DNA from: Candidatus Heimdallarchaeota archaeon
Lineage (GTDB): Archaea; Asgardarchaeota; Heimdallarchaeia; JABLTI01
Length of the DNA: 64,000 nt
Assembly (NCBI GenBank): GCA_019058275.1
Contig: JAHLVW010000108.1
Coordinates: 1-64,000 of the forward strand
Direction: 5' to 3'
Shown here piece after piece: positions 28,329-38,274 of the stretch (position 1 is its first letter; each line of letters opens with the position of its first letter). A program made the translations under genes and the position numbers. Under the pieces are notes generated by a model that searched no databases, was not told the origin of the DNA, and worked only from the letters and a program-made list of their open reading frames with translations.

Positions 28329-28532
28329 AAAGAAGTGTGCAAGTAAATAAGAAAAAGAAAAAAGACGAAAAAAAGAACATGCAAACAAAAAAGAACAAAA
28401 AAAGTAATTATTCACCTATTTTTATAACAATTCTTCAAATAATATGAGTAATATTCGGTTATTTCTAACTTGTCATTGAGGTATTTTAATCTTTTATTAT
28501 AGTTTAGAAATGAAAAAAAGGAATAAAAATGA

Positions 28533-29552
28533 TTAAGATAAGCCAAGATGTATTTCTCTTCGTTTCTGGTAATCACTTGGGAAGTGATTTTGAATAAAAA
28601 TACTTTTGATAGTTATTTCCTTTTTTAGAGCATCAATGATATTGAGAACGTTTTCATTTTCAGCGCCCCAGATGAATAGATTAACTCCAGTTTGTGCTCG
28701 ATCTTGAAATTCCTTTACGAAATTTAGATTTTTTAATAGGGGTTGATATTCAGGGTCGTCAACTGCAGAAGGATAAGCAGTCCAAGCAGATAAATGAATA
28801 GTTGGTGTTCCATACTTACCAATTACATCAATATCTTGACCAAATTGAATTAGAGCTCCTCTTCTGCCATCTAATGTGGGGTCAATATCTATAGTGAAAT
28901 TAGCATCTAATCCACCTTTAGCAATTAATGATTCAGATATCTTTGCCAAAATAGCCTCTAAAGCATCTTTACGCCATTGCAACCAATGACCCAATAATTG
29001 ATTGTCTTGTTGAATGTCACTTAAAGAGAATATACGTTCTATACCATATCTTTCTGAAAATCTTCTACAACAATTCTCACAAAAACTATATTCTTCGTGT
29101 GGAAAACGAATATTATCATAGACGATTCCTTGTACAGGAAATCCAATAATTTCAGTCGTTATTGATTTTAGGTAATTTACATAGGAGGTTTTGAAAGGGT
29201 CAACAAAATTAACATTGGGGTTTCCTCCATCTTTAATGGCTGAATAGCCAAGATTTTTTGCTAGAAAAGAATCTGCTAAACCATTGATAAATCCATAAAC
29301 TTTGATTCCTATAGAATCCGCTATAGTAGAAAATGTTGAGAAGAATTCGTTGGTTTCACGATCAGTTGGGGCTGTAGCACTTCGATAATGTACAAACCCT
29401 GAAGTAGATTTACCAACAACTGCAACTTCGCTCAAAAAACCACCATTTTCTGCTAAAAATTCATCTGGGCTTTGTTTAAGAAAAGCTGGTTCTATTACAG
29501 GAATTAAATTGTGACTTGAAATCGTTCGGATATCCATTTGGTTTTCCCACAC
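28533..29552 (-). CDS. Glycoside hydrolase-like TIM-barrel protein (GHL10/DUF187-like)
   Basis: DPF..SYVNYL...GIVYDNIRFP...FCENC...WLQWR pattern. Confidence 0.65.
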   Translation of the reverse strand: MWENQMDIRTISSHNLIPVIEPAFLKQSPDEFLAENGGFLSEVAVVGKSTSGFVHYRSATAPTDRETNEFFSTFSTIADSIGIKVYGFINGLADSFLAKNLGYSAIKDGGNPNVNFVDPFKTSYVNYLKSITTEIIGFPVQGIVYDNIRFPHEEYSFCENCCRRFSERYGIERIFSLSDIQQDNQLLGHWLQWRKDALEAILAKISESLIAKGGLDANFTIDIDPTLDGRRGALIQFGQDIDVIGKYGTPTIHLSAWTAYPSAVDDPEYQPLLKNLNFVKEFQDRAQTGVNLFIWGAENENVLNIIDALKKEITIKSIFIQNHFPSDYQKRREIHLGLS

Positions 29553-29709
29553 ATAAATAAGATTATGCTAAACAAAAAAAGGTTTTTATGGAATTTAATC
29601 TTTTTCTTCTGAGCTTTTTGGTTATTTTAGAATAAAAAGTAACAAATATTTTGAATTTTAAAGAAATGTAAAGAAATCAAGGATTACTTCCTTGATTCAT
29701 TCATGTAAC

Positions 29710-30021
29710 CTATTTAGCTTTCTCACTGGTTTCTTCTACACTTTCGAAGTCTTCTAAATCGATTGGTGCGGGAGGTGGTGTTCTTGCCATTGTCCAACCA
29801 ATCCAAGCAGCTATGCATAAAACGACGATCATTGCTAAAAGAATTGGAGCAGTTAATAATATAATCGTAATCTGTGGGTCTATAAATGGATCTGAAGCGT
29901 TCCAATCAATAATTCCCCAAATCGTAAAGGTACCCCATAGACCTAGTATTGCTAACGAAAGCACAAAAATTGAATATCCTGCGATTTTATCCTTCATTTT
30001 TTCCAGTCCTTTGAAATTCAA
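29710..30021 (-). CDS. Small archaeal membrane protein (two TM helices)
   Basis: Two hydrophobic segments, then WIGWTMARTPPP and an acidic tail. Confidence 0.7.
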   Translation of the reverse strand: MNFKGLEKMKDKIAGYSIFVLSLAILGLWGTFTIWGIIDWNASDPFIDPQITIILLTAPILLAMIVVLCIAAWIGWTMARTPPPAPIDLEDFESVEETSEKAK

Positions 30022-30167
30022 TAATTTACTAAGAGCATTTGAACGATAGTTTTTATAATTATTTCGTTTTGATAAATATTTCTGATAGATTAAAGTTATT
30101 TTTCATTATGAAAAATGAACTTTCTCGAATTCCTTTAAGGAAATCCGAGATTTATTCTTTGTTCTTG

Positions 30168-31190
30168 TTAACCAAATAATGAACCCATACCTGAATCCTC
30201 TTCTTCCTCTTCGTCTTCCTCAGTTGTAGCTGCTGTTGTTTCTGTAGTTACTGTTTCAGCAGGAGCTGTTCCACCAGCTGACTGAGCTGCAGAAAGGATT
30301 TCAGTAGGAATGACACTTGGGTCTTTATTGGCAATTAATTTTGCTAAACTCATTGCTTCTAGTTGAGATTTGGCTAGAATGTTACTTGCTGTTTCAGGTG
30401 TAATAAAGTTTGATTCAACTGCTAAGCTTAAAGCTTCTCTTTGGGTTCTACCAAGTAGTTCTGGTAAGTTGTCTTTTGTTGGAATGGCTGCTTCAATTGA
30501 AAGTGCATAGGCATTCTGGTGTGCCTTGACTAGGTTATTCATAATTTCATCGAAGTCAACAATTAATTCATCGTGTTTGAGTAATGTTCCACTGCTAAAC
30601 ATAACATCAACAGATAATCCGGCATCAAATGGTTCTACACCCAATCTGCCTAGAACATTTGCTAATGTTCTTGATACTTTTTCTCCAGATCGGCAAACAA
30701 CTGAATCTTCAATGATTTTTATTGTACCACCTTCAATTCTAGTTTTTAATCCAATTGATTGTAATTCACCAATTACAGGTCCTGGTGCAAATCCAGTATC
30801 TCGAGCAGTTATGACGACATCTTTAGTAGCAATTTGTCCCTCTTTTGCTGCGGTTGGTATCTTCTTTTTCTCGAGAAAATTAGCGATTCTGAAAGGATTG
30901 TCATTTGTAAGAATGAAAGCACATGAACCATTAATATAATCTAAAAGTTTGGAGAAGCCTTTGTTTTTCTTTGAAACTTCATTTAGAGCTAATCGCATCA
31001 AAGTATTTTTAGCAATTTTTAGAGACGCTTCACCACGAAGGTCTTGTCTTAATCTTTGAATCGTTCTTGAAGCAATGTTTTCTACTTTAGTAATTCCAAC
31101 ACTTTTGTATTGTTGGAGCAAGTCAATTAGTTCGGCTAATTGTTTTTGTTTTGCTAAGCTAGGTTCGTGTTGATATGCTGATTTACTCAT
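30168..31190 (-). CDS. rplP0: 50S ribosomal protein uL10 (P0)
   Basis: KNTLM, TGFAPGP, acidic hinge and GMGSLFG C-terminus. Confidence 0.97.
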   Translation of the reverse strand: MSKSAYQHEPSLAKQKQLAELIDLLQQYKSVGITKVENIASRTIQRLRQDLRGEASLKIAKNTLMRLALNEVSKKNKGFSKLLDYINGSCAFILTNDNPFRIANFLEKKKIPTAAKEGQIATKDVVITARDTGFAPGPVIGELQSIGLKTRIEGGTIKIIEDSVVCRSGEKVSRTLANVLGRLGVEPFDAGLSVDVMFSSGTLLKHDELIVDFDEIMNNLVKAHQNAYALSIEAAIPTKDNLPELLGRTQREALSLAVESNFITPETASNILAKSQLEAMSLAKLIANKDPSVIPTEILSAAQSAGGTAPAETVTTETTAATTEEDEEEEEDSGMGSLFG

Positions 31191-31191
31191 T

Positions 31192-31839
31192 TTAGTGCAC
31201 CTCGATTTTCATAGAGTTACCCATAGTAGTTTTTATGGTAACAGATCTAATGTTTTGTATACCTTTTTCTAGCTTGCCTTCTAAAGCATGAATTATGGCT
31301 TCAATGTTCTCAGCCACTTCTTTATTACCCATTTTTACAGTTCCTACTTTTGTAAGAACAACTGGATTCTCTTTAATCCTTAACTTTGAGGTTCTAGTAA
31401 ACCTGGTAAGTAAGGTAGGAATGTCAGCATTAGGTACAATTGGTTGTGGCATTTTTCCTCTAGGAGCCAAATACTTCCCAAGAAATCTTGCAATGAGTGG
31501 CATTAGAGGAGGTTCAGCTAAAAAGAAATCATGTTTTTTTGCTAGTTTCCTGATTTCTTTAGGGGTTTTACCTATAGCCTCTAATTCTGTTCGTCCAAGA
31601 ACAGTTTTTATCCCAGCGCTTCTTGCTCTTACAGCAAGTTCACCACCTGCAAAAATAGCTACAGATGGTTTCTTTCTAAAAGCGTGGGGCAAGGTTGTTT
31701 GGAAGTTGAAACGGTTGCTAGGAATTTTAAGATCTAAATCTCTGAAGTTAATTGCGAGATCGATGCTCTCAACGAACTTCCTCTTTTTAGATTCTTTCTT
31801 TAACTTAGCAACTTGTTCAGTTAATTTATTTATATCCAT
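31192..31839 (-). CDS. rpl1: 50S ribosomal protein uL1
   Basis: RKFVESIDL, LGKYLAPRGKMP, KTTMG. Confidence 0.97.
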   Translation of the reverse strand: MDINKLTEQVAKLKKESKKRKFVESIDLAINFRDLDLKIPSNRFNFQTTLPHAFRKKPSVAIFAGGELAVRARSAGIKTVLGRTELEAIGKTPKEIRKLAKKHDFFLAEPPLMPLIARFLGKYLAPRGKMPQPIVPNADIPTLLTRFTRTSKLRIKENPVVLTKVGTVKMGNKEVAENIEAIIHALEGKLEKGIQNIRSVTIKTTMGNSMKIEVH

Positions 31840-32011
31840 ATTTATCCGCTTCTGTCAATTTTGGTTTTCCATCTTTTTGGTAAGCCATGCACCAAAGAAA
31901 TCTTCTTTAATTTGTATGGGCATGGTGACAGTAATTCGCGATGTAAGAAATAGGGACAAATGTTGTATTATTAAATATTACTATCATTTATGGGAATAAA
32001 AGTAAATAATC

Positions 32012-32869
32012 CTAGCTGGTTTTTTGCAACAAACTAAAGAATGCTGCGAAATCTAATAAAGCATTAGTATCAACAATAAAATACTTCCAACCTTGTCCAA
32101 GAATAACTTTGCCAAAATTTTCAGCAAGCTCAGCTTTAGTTACGAACCAATATCGTTGAATGCTTTTATCCTCAATATGACTACTGAATATTTTCAGAAG
32201 AGATTGTAATTTCCTTTGATCTTGTTTTACCTCATCAAAATTTTCTCTTTCGAGTGTTATGGATATTGATGCTTCTACTATCAAATCAGATTGCTTTTTC
32301 CCAGTTTTTGTTGTAATATCTAAACTTACTCTGCCATAAGATAGATGCGAATAAAAATCACGCAAGAGAACTACTAAATCATTTTTTTCTTCCTCAGAAT
32401 CATAGAATATTGTAGTTAAAGACAAATATGATTTCCTAATAGATGTAATCTCAAAAAGCCTTGGAGATACTTCATTAATTGACTTTGGAATTTTCTCGAG
32501 TAATTCCTTTAGTACCCCCTGTGTATCTAGAAGTTTAATCTTTAAATTCACTTCAGCAAGAAAGCGTACTAAATTAGTTACAAATCGCTTTGTTTTAAAA
32601 GCAAGATCTTTAGTAGCTTGACTAGATAAGTAAGCAAACATCAACAATACTGGTTTGTTTTCTGAATCTCTATCAAAGAAGATAGTACATCTATCCATTT
32701 TTGGGAATAGAAGATTAAATAATTGTCCATTCATTTTTTCAGGGAATTTACTGTTTTCATCCCAATTTTGTGTTGGAATTATTTGAATGGGAACAATAAT
32801 TGATTTCTTCTTTGAATCTTGAAGAAGAATCCCACTCTTTAATGCCTGAGCATTTCTTAAAGACATCAT
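32012..32869 (-). CDS. Hypothetical protein abutting nob1
   Basis: ATG immediately follows the nob1 stop; no motif recognised. Confidence 0.65.
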   Translation of the reverse strand: MMSLRNAQALKSGILLQDSKKKSIIVPIQIIPTQNWDENSKFPEKMNGQLFNLLFPKMDRCTIFFDRDSENKPVLLMFAYLSSQATKDLAFKTKRFVTNLVRFLAEVNLKIKLLDTQGVLKELLEKIPKSINEVSPRLFEITSIRKSYLSLTTIFYDSEEEKNDLVVLLRDFYSHLSYGRVSLDITTKTGKKQSDLIVEASISITLERENFDEVKQDQRKLQSLLKIFSSHIEDKSIQRYWFVTKAELAENFGKVILGQGWKYFIVDTNALLDFAAFFSLLQKTS

Positions 32870-33433
32870 TCATCCTCTTTTTCTTTTCATTTTTTTCTTT
32901 TGGGTTTTTCTTACCATTTCTGTTCCGCATTCAATGCAGTTTTTGGTTTTTTCTTTGCTTTTTGCACCACAACCAGGACATTGCCAATGATATTTATGTA
33001 AAGAGGTTATACCTTTCCAATGTATTCCCTTACAAGGTATACCAATGTAATTTGCTAAATTCTGAATGTCATAATCATCACTTAGAATTATCACAAAAGT
33101 ACATTGCATCTGTAACTTTTTCGCAATTGCAAGAACAGACAAATCACATTCCGAGAGTTCTTGTAAATCACCGGTTTCAGATGCCTTTTGCTTAATATCT
33201 AATAATGATTTATTATCGGGTGCAAGTACTTTCAGTTCCTTGTATAATAACGCTTCTTCAATAATTGCTTCTCCTTTTAACATCCCCCTTACTTCATCTA
33301 AAACACAGTCAGGGATATATTTGATTCCAGGAATGTTATGTGTCAAGACACCGTTATAAATAGCAGATGCGTCTAAAACAATGTTGTCCTTTTTCTTTGA
33401 TTTCTTAGATGTGTTGGCTTCGTTCTCTTTCAA
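32870..33433 (-). CDS. nob1: Nob1-family rRNA-processing endonuclease (PIN plus Zn ribbon)
   Basis: VLDASA, ETGD..LS.CD, SDDYDIQN, CPGC...CIECG. Confidence 0.9.
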   Translation of the reverse strand: MKENEANTSKKSKKKDNIVLDASAIYNGVLTHNIPGIKYIPDCVLDEVRGMLKGEAIIEEALLYKELKVLAPDNKSLLDIKQKASETGDLQELSECDLSVLAIAKKLQMQCTFVIILSDDYDIQNLANYIGIPCKGIHWKGITSLHKYHWQCPGCGAKSKEKTKNCIECGTEMVRKTQKKKMKRKRG

Positions 33434-33454
33434 TTAAACACTCTCAGCATCAGC

Positions 33455-34294
33455 TTAAAAATTAAGTTTATCCTGTAAACGATTAAAGAATCCATGTTCA
33501 GGGAATCGAATAAAAGCTGTTTCATTTTGAGCTTTTGTAATTTCTAAAATTGATCCATCAATAAATTTAGCCTCTAAAATCCCATCGTTAATGACAACGG
33601 CTTCTCCATCAAAGGACTCAGGAACGGTAATTATTATTTTTGCTTCACCAGGAACGACAAATGGTCTAATTCGTCTCGATACGCTGTTTACCGGAACAAT
33701 TTGCATTGCTTTAATTCGTGGTTCAATAATAGAACCGCCTGCAGAGAGAGCATAAGCTGTTGAACCTACAGGAGTGGACACGAGTAAACCATCTAGTAAG
33801 TGAGTGCCTAAATTATAATCATTTACTGTAATATTTAAACGACATATTTGAGCACTGAGCTTATTTGTAGCATAAGATTCATTCAGAGCAGTAGGTAATG
33901 TTTTCCCATCTAAAGTAACTTTTAATCGCATGCATTTCTCTAAAACAAAATCTCCTTTTAAAACACGATCTATGCCTTTACTACTCCCATTAAGAGTAGC
34001 TGTAGTAAGAAAACCCAGATAACCAGCATTAATACCAAATAAGGGTACCTCATTTGAATATCTGGATGCCCAGAGCATAGTTCCATCACCACCTAAAGCA
34101 ATAACTAAATCGAACTCGTGGATTTCTTCCATGTTTACAGGTTTTTCATAATTGAATTTACTAGCAAAAGACTCATTTAAGTAAACATCCAAACCATGTT
34201 TCTGTGTTAAAAGGTCTATTACCTTTTGACATTCTTTTTTGTGTCTTCCTTTTGGTAAACGTGAAACAACTGCTATCTTATTGAATTGTATCAT
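33455..34294 (-). CDS. nadK: NAD kinase
   Basis: GGDGT, GINAGYLGFL, ALNE, DGLLVSTPVGSTAYALSAGG. Confidence 0.95.
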   Translation of the reverse strand: MIQFNKIAVVSRLPKGRHKKECQKVIDLLTQKHGLDVYLNESFASKFNYEKPVNMEEIHEFDLVIALGGDGTMLWASRYSNEVPLFGINAGYLGFLTTATLNGSSKGIDRVLKGDFVLEKCMRLKVTLDGKTLPTALNESYATNKLSAQICRLNITVNDYNLGTHLLDGLLVSTPVGSTAYALSAGGSIIEPRIKAMQIVPVNSVSRRIRPFVVPGEAKIIITVPESFDGEAVVINDGILEAKFIDGSILEITKAQNETAFIRFPEHGFFNRLQDKLNF

Positions 34295-34436
34295 GATGAA
34301 TCATCAACACTATGGAAGCTTGTACAAAAGAAGATAGAAAAACAACTAATAATCTTTCGTATGTTTATTTATAAAAATAAAGCTATGTGATGGAAATTCT
34401 TTTTTACTGTAGATTATTTGAAAATTACTTATTGTA

Positions 34437-34571
34437 GGGCAGGTGTTCTAGGGTTTTGGATTGAATTCCAAAACGGAAAACACGGTATGATACTTCGTTC
34501 GGGTGTAAAATAGACGTACTATTTATAGAAACACGAAGTGGTCGAGGGTTCAAATCTCTCCCTGCCCACCA
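34437..34571 (+). tRNA. tRNA-Pro(CGG) with two introns (34452-34480 at 15/16; 34504-34532 at 37/38), CCA encoded
   Basis: Acceptor GGGCAGG/CCTGCCC, anticodon stem CTTCG/CGAAG, loop TT-CGG-GA after splicing, T-arm GAGGG-TTCAAAT-CTCTC, ACCA end. Both introns form hairpins. Confidence 0.88.
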
Positions 34572-34575
34572 AAAA

Positions 34576-35436
34576 CTATTCATTGTTTTTATTCATTAAT
34601 TGTTCAATTTTCAAAATAGTTGGCTCAACAGTTTCCAACAATGAATTATTTGTAGATTTAAAAACAAGTAGAGCATTTTTTAGATACTTTAGAGCTTCCT
34701 CTAGATTACCTTCATCATATTTTTTTAGACCAAGGTTTAAGAGCAGATCACCAAATTCTTCCTCATGGTCATCTGGTAGTTTAAATGAAAACTGCTTACT
34801 GAAACGTCTAGCAATAACAAAACTCTTCATAGCATCATCATATTTACCCATTTTGTTTAGAATCTTTGATTGATCAATTGCTATATTTATTACCAATTGA
34901 GGATCTTTACATTTCTTAGCTAGTTCTAATGCTTCTTCTAACATACCAATTGCTTTCTCAGCATCATCATCTTTTTTGTAGACTATAATTGCTAGGTTTT
35001 TCAGGCCTCTTGCCAATCCTTTTTTGTCTGGAGTTCCTTTTCTGAGCTTAAGTGCTTTTGTTTGGTACTCTTCTGCATATTTTAGCTCATTCTGTAACAT
35101 GAAGCTGATAGCAATTTCGTCATAGCAGTCAGCCATACCAATTCTATGACCATAGTTCTTGAAGGCTAAATAAGCTCTTTTGTAGAGATTTCTAGATTCA
35201 ATCATCTTACCTTTGTTAAAGTATATTGCACCCAAAATCCTTTGAATATCAGCGAGAATGACATGTTCAGTAGTATGGCGATAAAACTCAAGTGCTTTGT
35301 TTAGTTCATTATAGGTGTCTTCTACGTTTCCAGCTTCATATGCCTTTTTTCCTTGCATGAAATGTACGGCTGCCTCCTCTTTTTGTTTCTTTTTGGACAT
35401 TTCGCGCACCAGTTCTCGTTGAGATGATTCTTTCAA
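34576..35436 (-). CDS. Tetratricopeptide-repeat protein
   Basis: Repeated A..Y..AL / LG..Y helices; likely ATG start at MSKKKQ. Confidence 0.85.
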   Translation of the reverse strand: MKESSQRELVREMSKKKQKEEAAVHFMQGKKAYEAGNVEDTYNELNKALEFYRHTTEHVILADIQRILGAIYFNKGKMIESRNLYKRAYLAFKNYGHRIGMADCYDEIAISFMLQNELKYAEEYQTKALKLRKGTPDKKGLARGLKNLAIIVYKKDDDAEKAIGMLEEALELAKKCKDPQLVINIAIDQSKILNKMGKYDDAMKSFVIARRFSKQFSFKLPDDHEEEFGDLLLNLGLKKYDEGNLEEALKYLKNALLVFKSTNNSLLETVEPTILKIEQLMNKNNE

Positions 35437-35538
35437 GAAAGACTCTAAATCATACTATTACAACCAGTATTATTAAACAATTTATTAATAATTCTTTTAA
35501 TTGAAAGTTGGCTTAAAAGAACTGAAAAAACTAATCTG

Positions 35539-36654
35539 GTGGTATTACATTTGGCTTCTAAACTAGAATTAAAACGTCCATCCTTACATTTGGATTATTT
35601 TAGCGATTATAAAGATAGGATTTGTCAAGTATTAACGTGGCATCATCCTACAGATAGAAGATTATGCATTGTAAAGTATGATATTGGTTCAAGTTTTTGG
35701 ATATCTCGAGAGACTGGAATTCAATATACGAGAATTCTGAAAAGTTATAGCTTAGAAGGACAAATTGATAACTTACTTTTGGTGAAAAAAATAGAACCAA
35801 GTTATGTTTATCATAGCATAGTTTATGGTGTTGATTTCCTTGCTGTACCAAATGAAAGAATCAAACAATACTATTATCCAGAAGAAAGGTTAGGGGAGAT
35901 ATTAGCAACCTCTGATGATGATTTAGATGAAATTGAGCTTAAGGTAAAGGTACTTGCTGATTTACTTAATAAGCATCTTAAAATCCCTATGAAAAACATG
36001 GGGATAACTGGCTCCATTCTTTGGAAAGGGCAAACAGAAAAATCAGATATTGATTTTATGATTTATGGGAACGAATATGCTCAAGATTTTAACGAAAAAT
36101 TTCCTATTCTATATGAAAAGAATCCTGAGATTCAACCAATGTCTCCTGAGAAAACAAAGAGATATGAAGAAAGCGCTGCAAGAAAATCTGGAATTTCAAG
36201 CAAATTAACTAGAAAGTACATTTCTCGGAAAAGATGGCTATCAGTTTTTGGCGATACGAATCTATCGATTATCTTTAGTCCTTTATCATCAGAGCTACCT
36301 TTTGCTTATGGTGACCAGATTTTTACTCCAATCGAAGCAGTAGATGTTGAATGCTTTGTTACTAATGCTGCCTTTGGTAGTGTATACCCAAGTATTTACG
36401 AGATTACAGATTGTAAACTATTATCTACTAACAAAGTAAAATTAGACTCTCCTCTAGAAAGAATACTTTCCTTCGAAGGAGCCTTAACTGGATTCTTCAA
36501 AAATAATGATAAGATAGTAGTTCGGGGATTATTGGAAAAGGTAGTTGACAAAAAAAACAATCGTCAATTTTATCAAATTCTTTTGGGAACACAGGAATGC
36601 TCAGGAAATGAATTTATTTTATATCCTGAGGATTACTTACAGCTTAAAAAATAG
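35539..36654 (+). CDS. Predicted archaeal nucleotidyltransferase
   Basis: GITGSIL...SDIDFMIYG pol-beta-type motif; C-terminal VVRGLLEKV. Confidence 0.8.
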   Translation: MVLHLASKLELKRPSLHLDYFSDYKDRICQVLTWHHPTDRRLCIVKYDIGSSFWISRETGIQYTRILKSYSLEGQIDNLLLVKKIEPSYVYHSIVYGVDFLAVPNERIKQYYYPEERLGEILATSDDDLDEIELKVKVLADLLNKHLKIPMKNMGITGSILWKGQTEKSDIDFMIYGNEYAQDFNEKFPILYEKNPEIQPMSPEKTKRYEESAARKSGISSKLTRKYISRKRWLSVFGDTNLSIIFSPLSSELPFAYGDQIFTPIEAVDVECFVTNAAFGSVYPSIYEITDCKLLSTNKVKLDSPLERILSFEGALTGFFKNNDKIVVRGLLEKVVDKKNNRQFYQILLGTQECSGNEFILYPEDYLQLKK

Positions 36655-36707
36655 GTGTTTAGATAGTTTTAGAAGAAGAAATGTAAGGAAAGAAAACTTG
36701 GTCTATC

Positions 36708-38160
36708 CTAAGATTTCTTGCGAGTTCGCCCAACTCCACGAATAGAGGAACTTTCGTTTAATGTTTGACTGTATGTCGCAAAAAACTTCTCTCGAAAATC
36801 TTTCAAGAGTCGTTGCCTGACCACAAAGCGTTTTTGTGATAGCGAAAGGATTACCAAGAATCGTTGCATGATATTAACTGCCCCATTGATATCTCGGTCA
36901 ATAACTAATCCGCATGAATCATAATGTATAACTCGTTCTGATAATGCTCTTATTTTCTTTTCCATACAATAACAACATCTTTTTGTTGTTCTTCTCTCGC
37001 TGATTTTTATTACCTTCTTACCTACAAGTTTTTCCTTGTAGGTTAAAAATCCAGCAAACCTTGAAAGACAACCAGTGTTGTGTTGAGTCCTATGTCTACT
37101 TTTAGTGTTCTTCATATCTCTTTGTTCACTTTTACTCATTTGTTTAACTTGCAAATCTCCGATGATAATGGTATTTGCTTTAGTATTCTCAATGATTTTT
37201 TTACTCATCTTGTGCTGAAAATCTTTTTGCTGATTGGCTTGTTTCCTAAATGTTTTAGTTAATTTATTATGATACCAAAACCACTGATTAGAATATTTTT
37301 TACAATGATCTTTTTTTGATTGTAATTCCTATATTTTTGGTTGCTAATATTTATCCACACGATTGTTTTCAATAGTAATAGATTTTCCAGCGTGACTATT
37401 GACTGATGCTATAAGATTTATGACTCCCAAATCAATCGCTTGGTAGATACCATTGTCTTGATAAGTAGGTGTCTATTCTTCATAAATGATTGAGATATAG
37501 AATTCCTTTGTTTTATGAACTTGAAAGATGGTTACTTGTTTAATTATTTTATTGGTAAAATCAAACTTATCATGTAATTGGAATGTTAGTGCAACCTTTT
37601 TTGTTTCTTTCGTAGGATAGAAATGATTGAAGGTTATTTGATTGCCAATAATCTTGAAACCTAATTGGTTGTAAACTATTGTAGTGAAGTACTTCTTGGA
37701 CTTAGGTCGTGGTGGGTTAGCATCAGCATATCCTTTGTTTCTTAAGACAAAAAACGATTTGAAATCGGCGTTTAATTGTCTTAAAGTCATTTGTAATGTT
37801 TTAGCATAATTCTGCTGGTATCGTGGATATGTTTGTCTTAGTTGAGGTAATTTATTTTGTTGATCTATGTAAATAGGCATTTTCTCTTGCTGATCCTTTG
37901 GTAAATCTTTGTTTCGCTCCCACCATTCCTTTCGTTCTTTGAGAGCAAAATAGTATATTAATCGACAATTCTCTGCTAATGCCCAGAGAACTTCTTGTTG
38001 TTCAAGGTGTAGGAAGGATTTTAAGCTTACATGTAAGTAGTTTTGGTCTATTCTTTGTTTCCCTTATCTGCTCGATAACCTTGTCTATGTCATCTTGTGA
38101 AATATCTGCAAGTAATATTTTGTGTGCATTTTTTATCGATAGGTTGTTCTTACGAGTCAT
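36708..38160 (-). pseudogene. tnpB: IS200/IS605-family TnpB pseudogene
   Basis: Reconstructed with one extra base near 38006 and TAG stops at 37473, 37344 and 37329: LWALAENCRLIY, AIDLG, IIIGDL, TTKRCC, DRDINGAVNI. Confidence 0.9.
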
Positions 38161-38274
38161 TTTTTGTCAGTATAATATATATTCAGCTTAGTATATAGCT
38201 ATTATTTAAAGAGATTACCGAAAGTAATAATCTAATGCTTAAATAAATAATTAAGCAATTAATATATTGTACAG

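Larger units (their letters stand above)
24338..28402. mobile_element. Decayed integrated element (virus/plasmid-like island) carrying the RAMP pair
   Basis: Short coupled ORFs with strong GGAGG-type ribosome-binding sites, an AbrB-like regulator and several nonsense codons. No integrase or transposase visible; boundaries inferred. Confidence 0.55.

Noticed and set aside
23000-29000. CRISPR array or other periodic guide-repeat array near the RAMP genes
   Set aside because: No repeated 20-40-nt unit or regular short-motif periodicity found by eye; the 28.3-28.4 kb stretch is low-complexity only.
30526-31999. Plus-strand ORFs 30526-30939 and 31295-31999
   Set aside because: Antisense shadows of rplP0 and rpl1; the same applies to most short opposite-strand ORFs in the track.
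34540-34571. tRNA-Pro 3' end as att site for the nearby islands
   Set aside because: No second copy of the tRNA 3' sequence seen in the window and no integrase present.
34538-34873. 111-aa plus-strand ORF
   Set aside because: Starts inside the tRNA and is antisense to the TPR gene.
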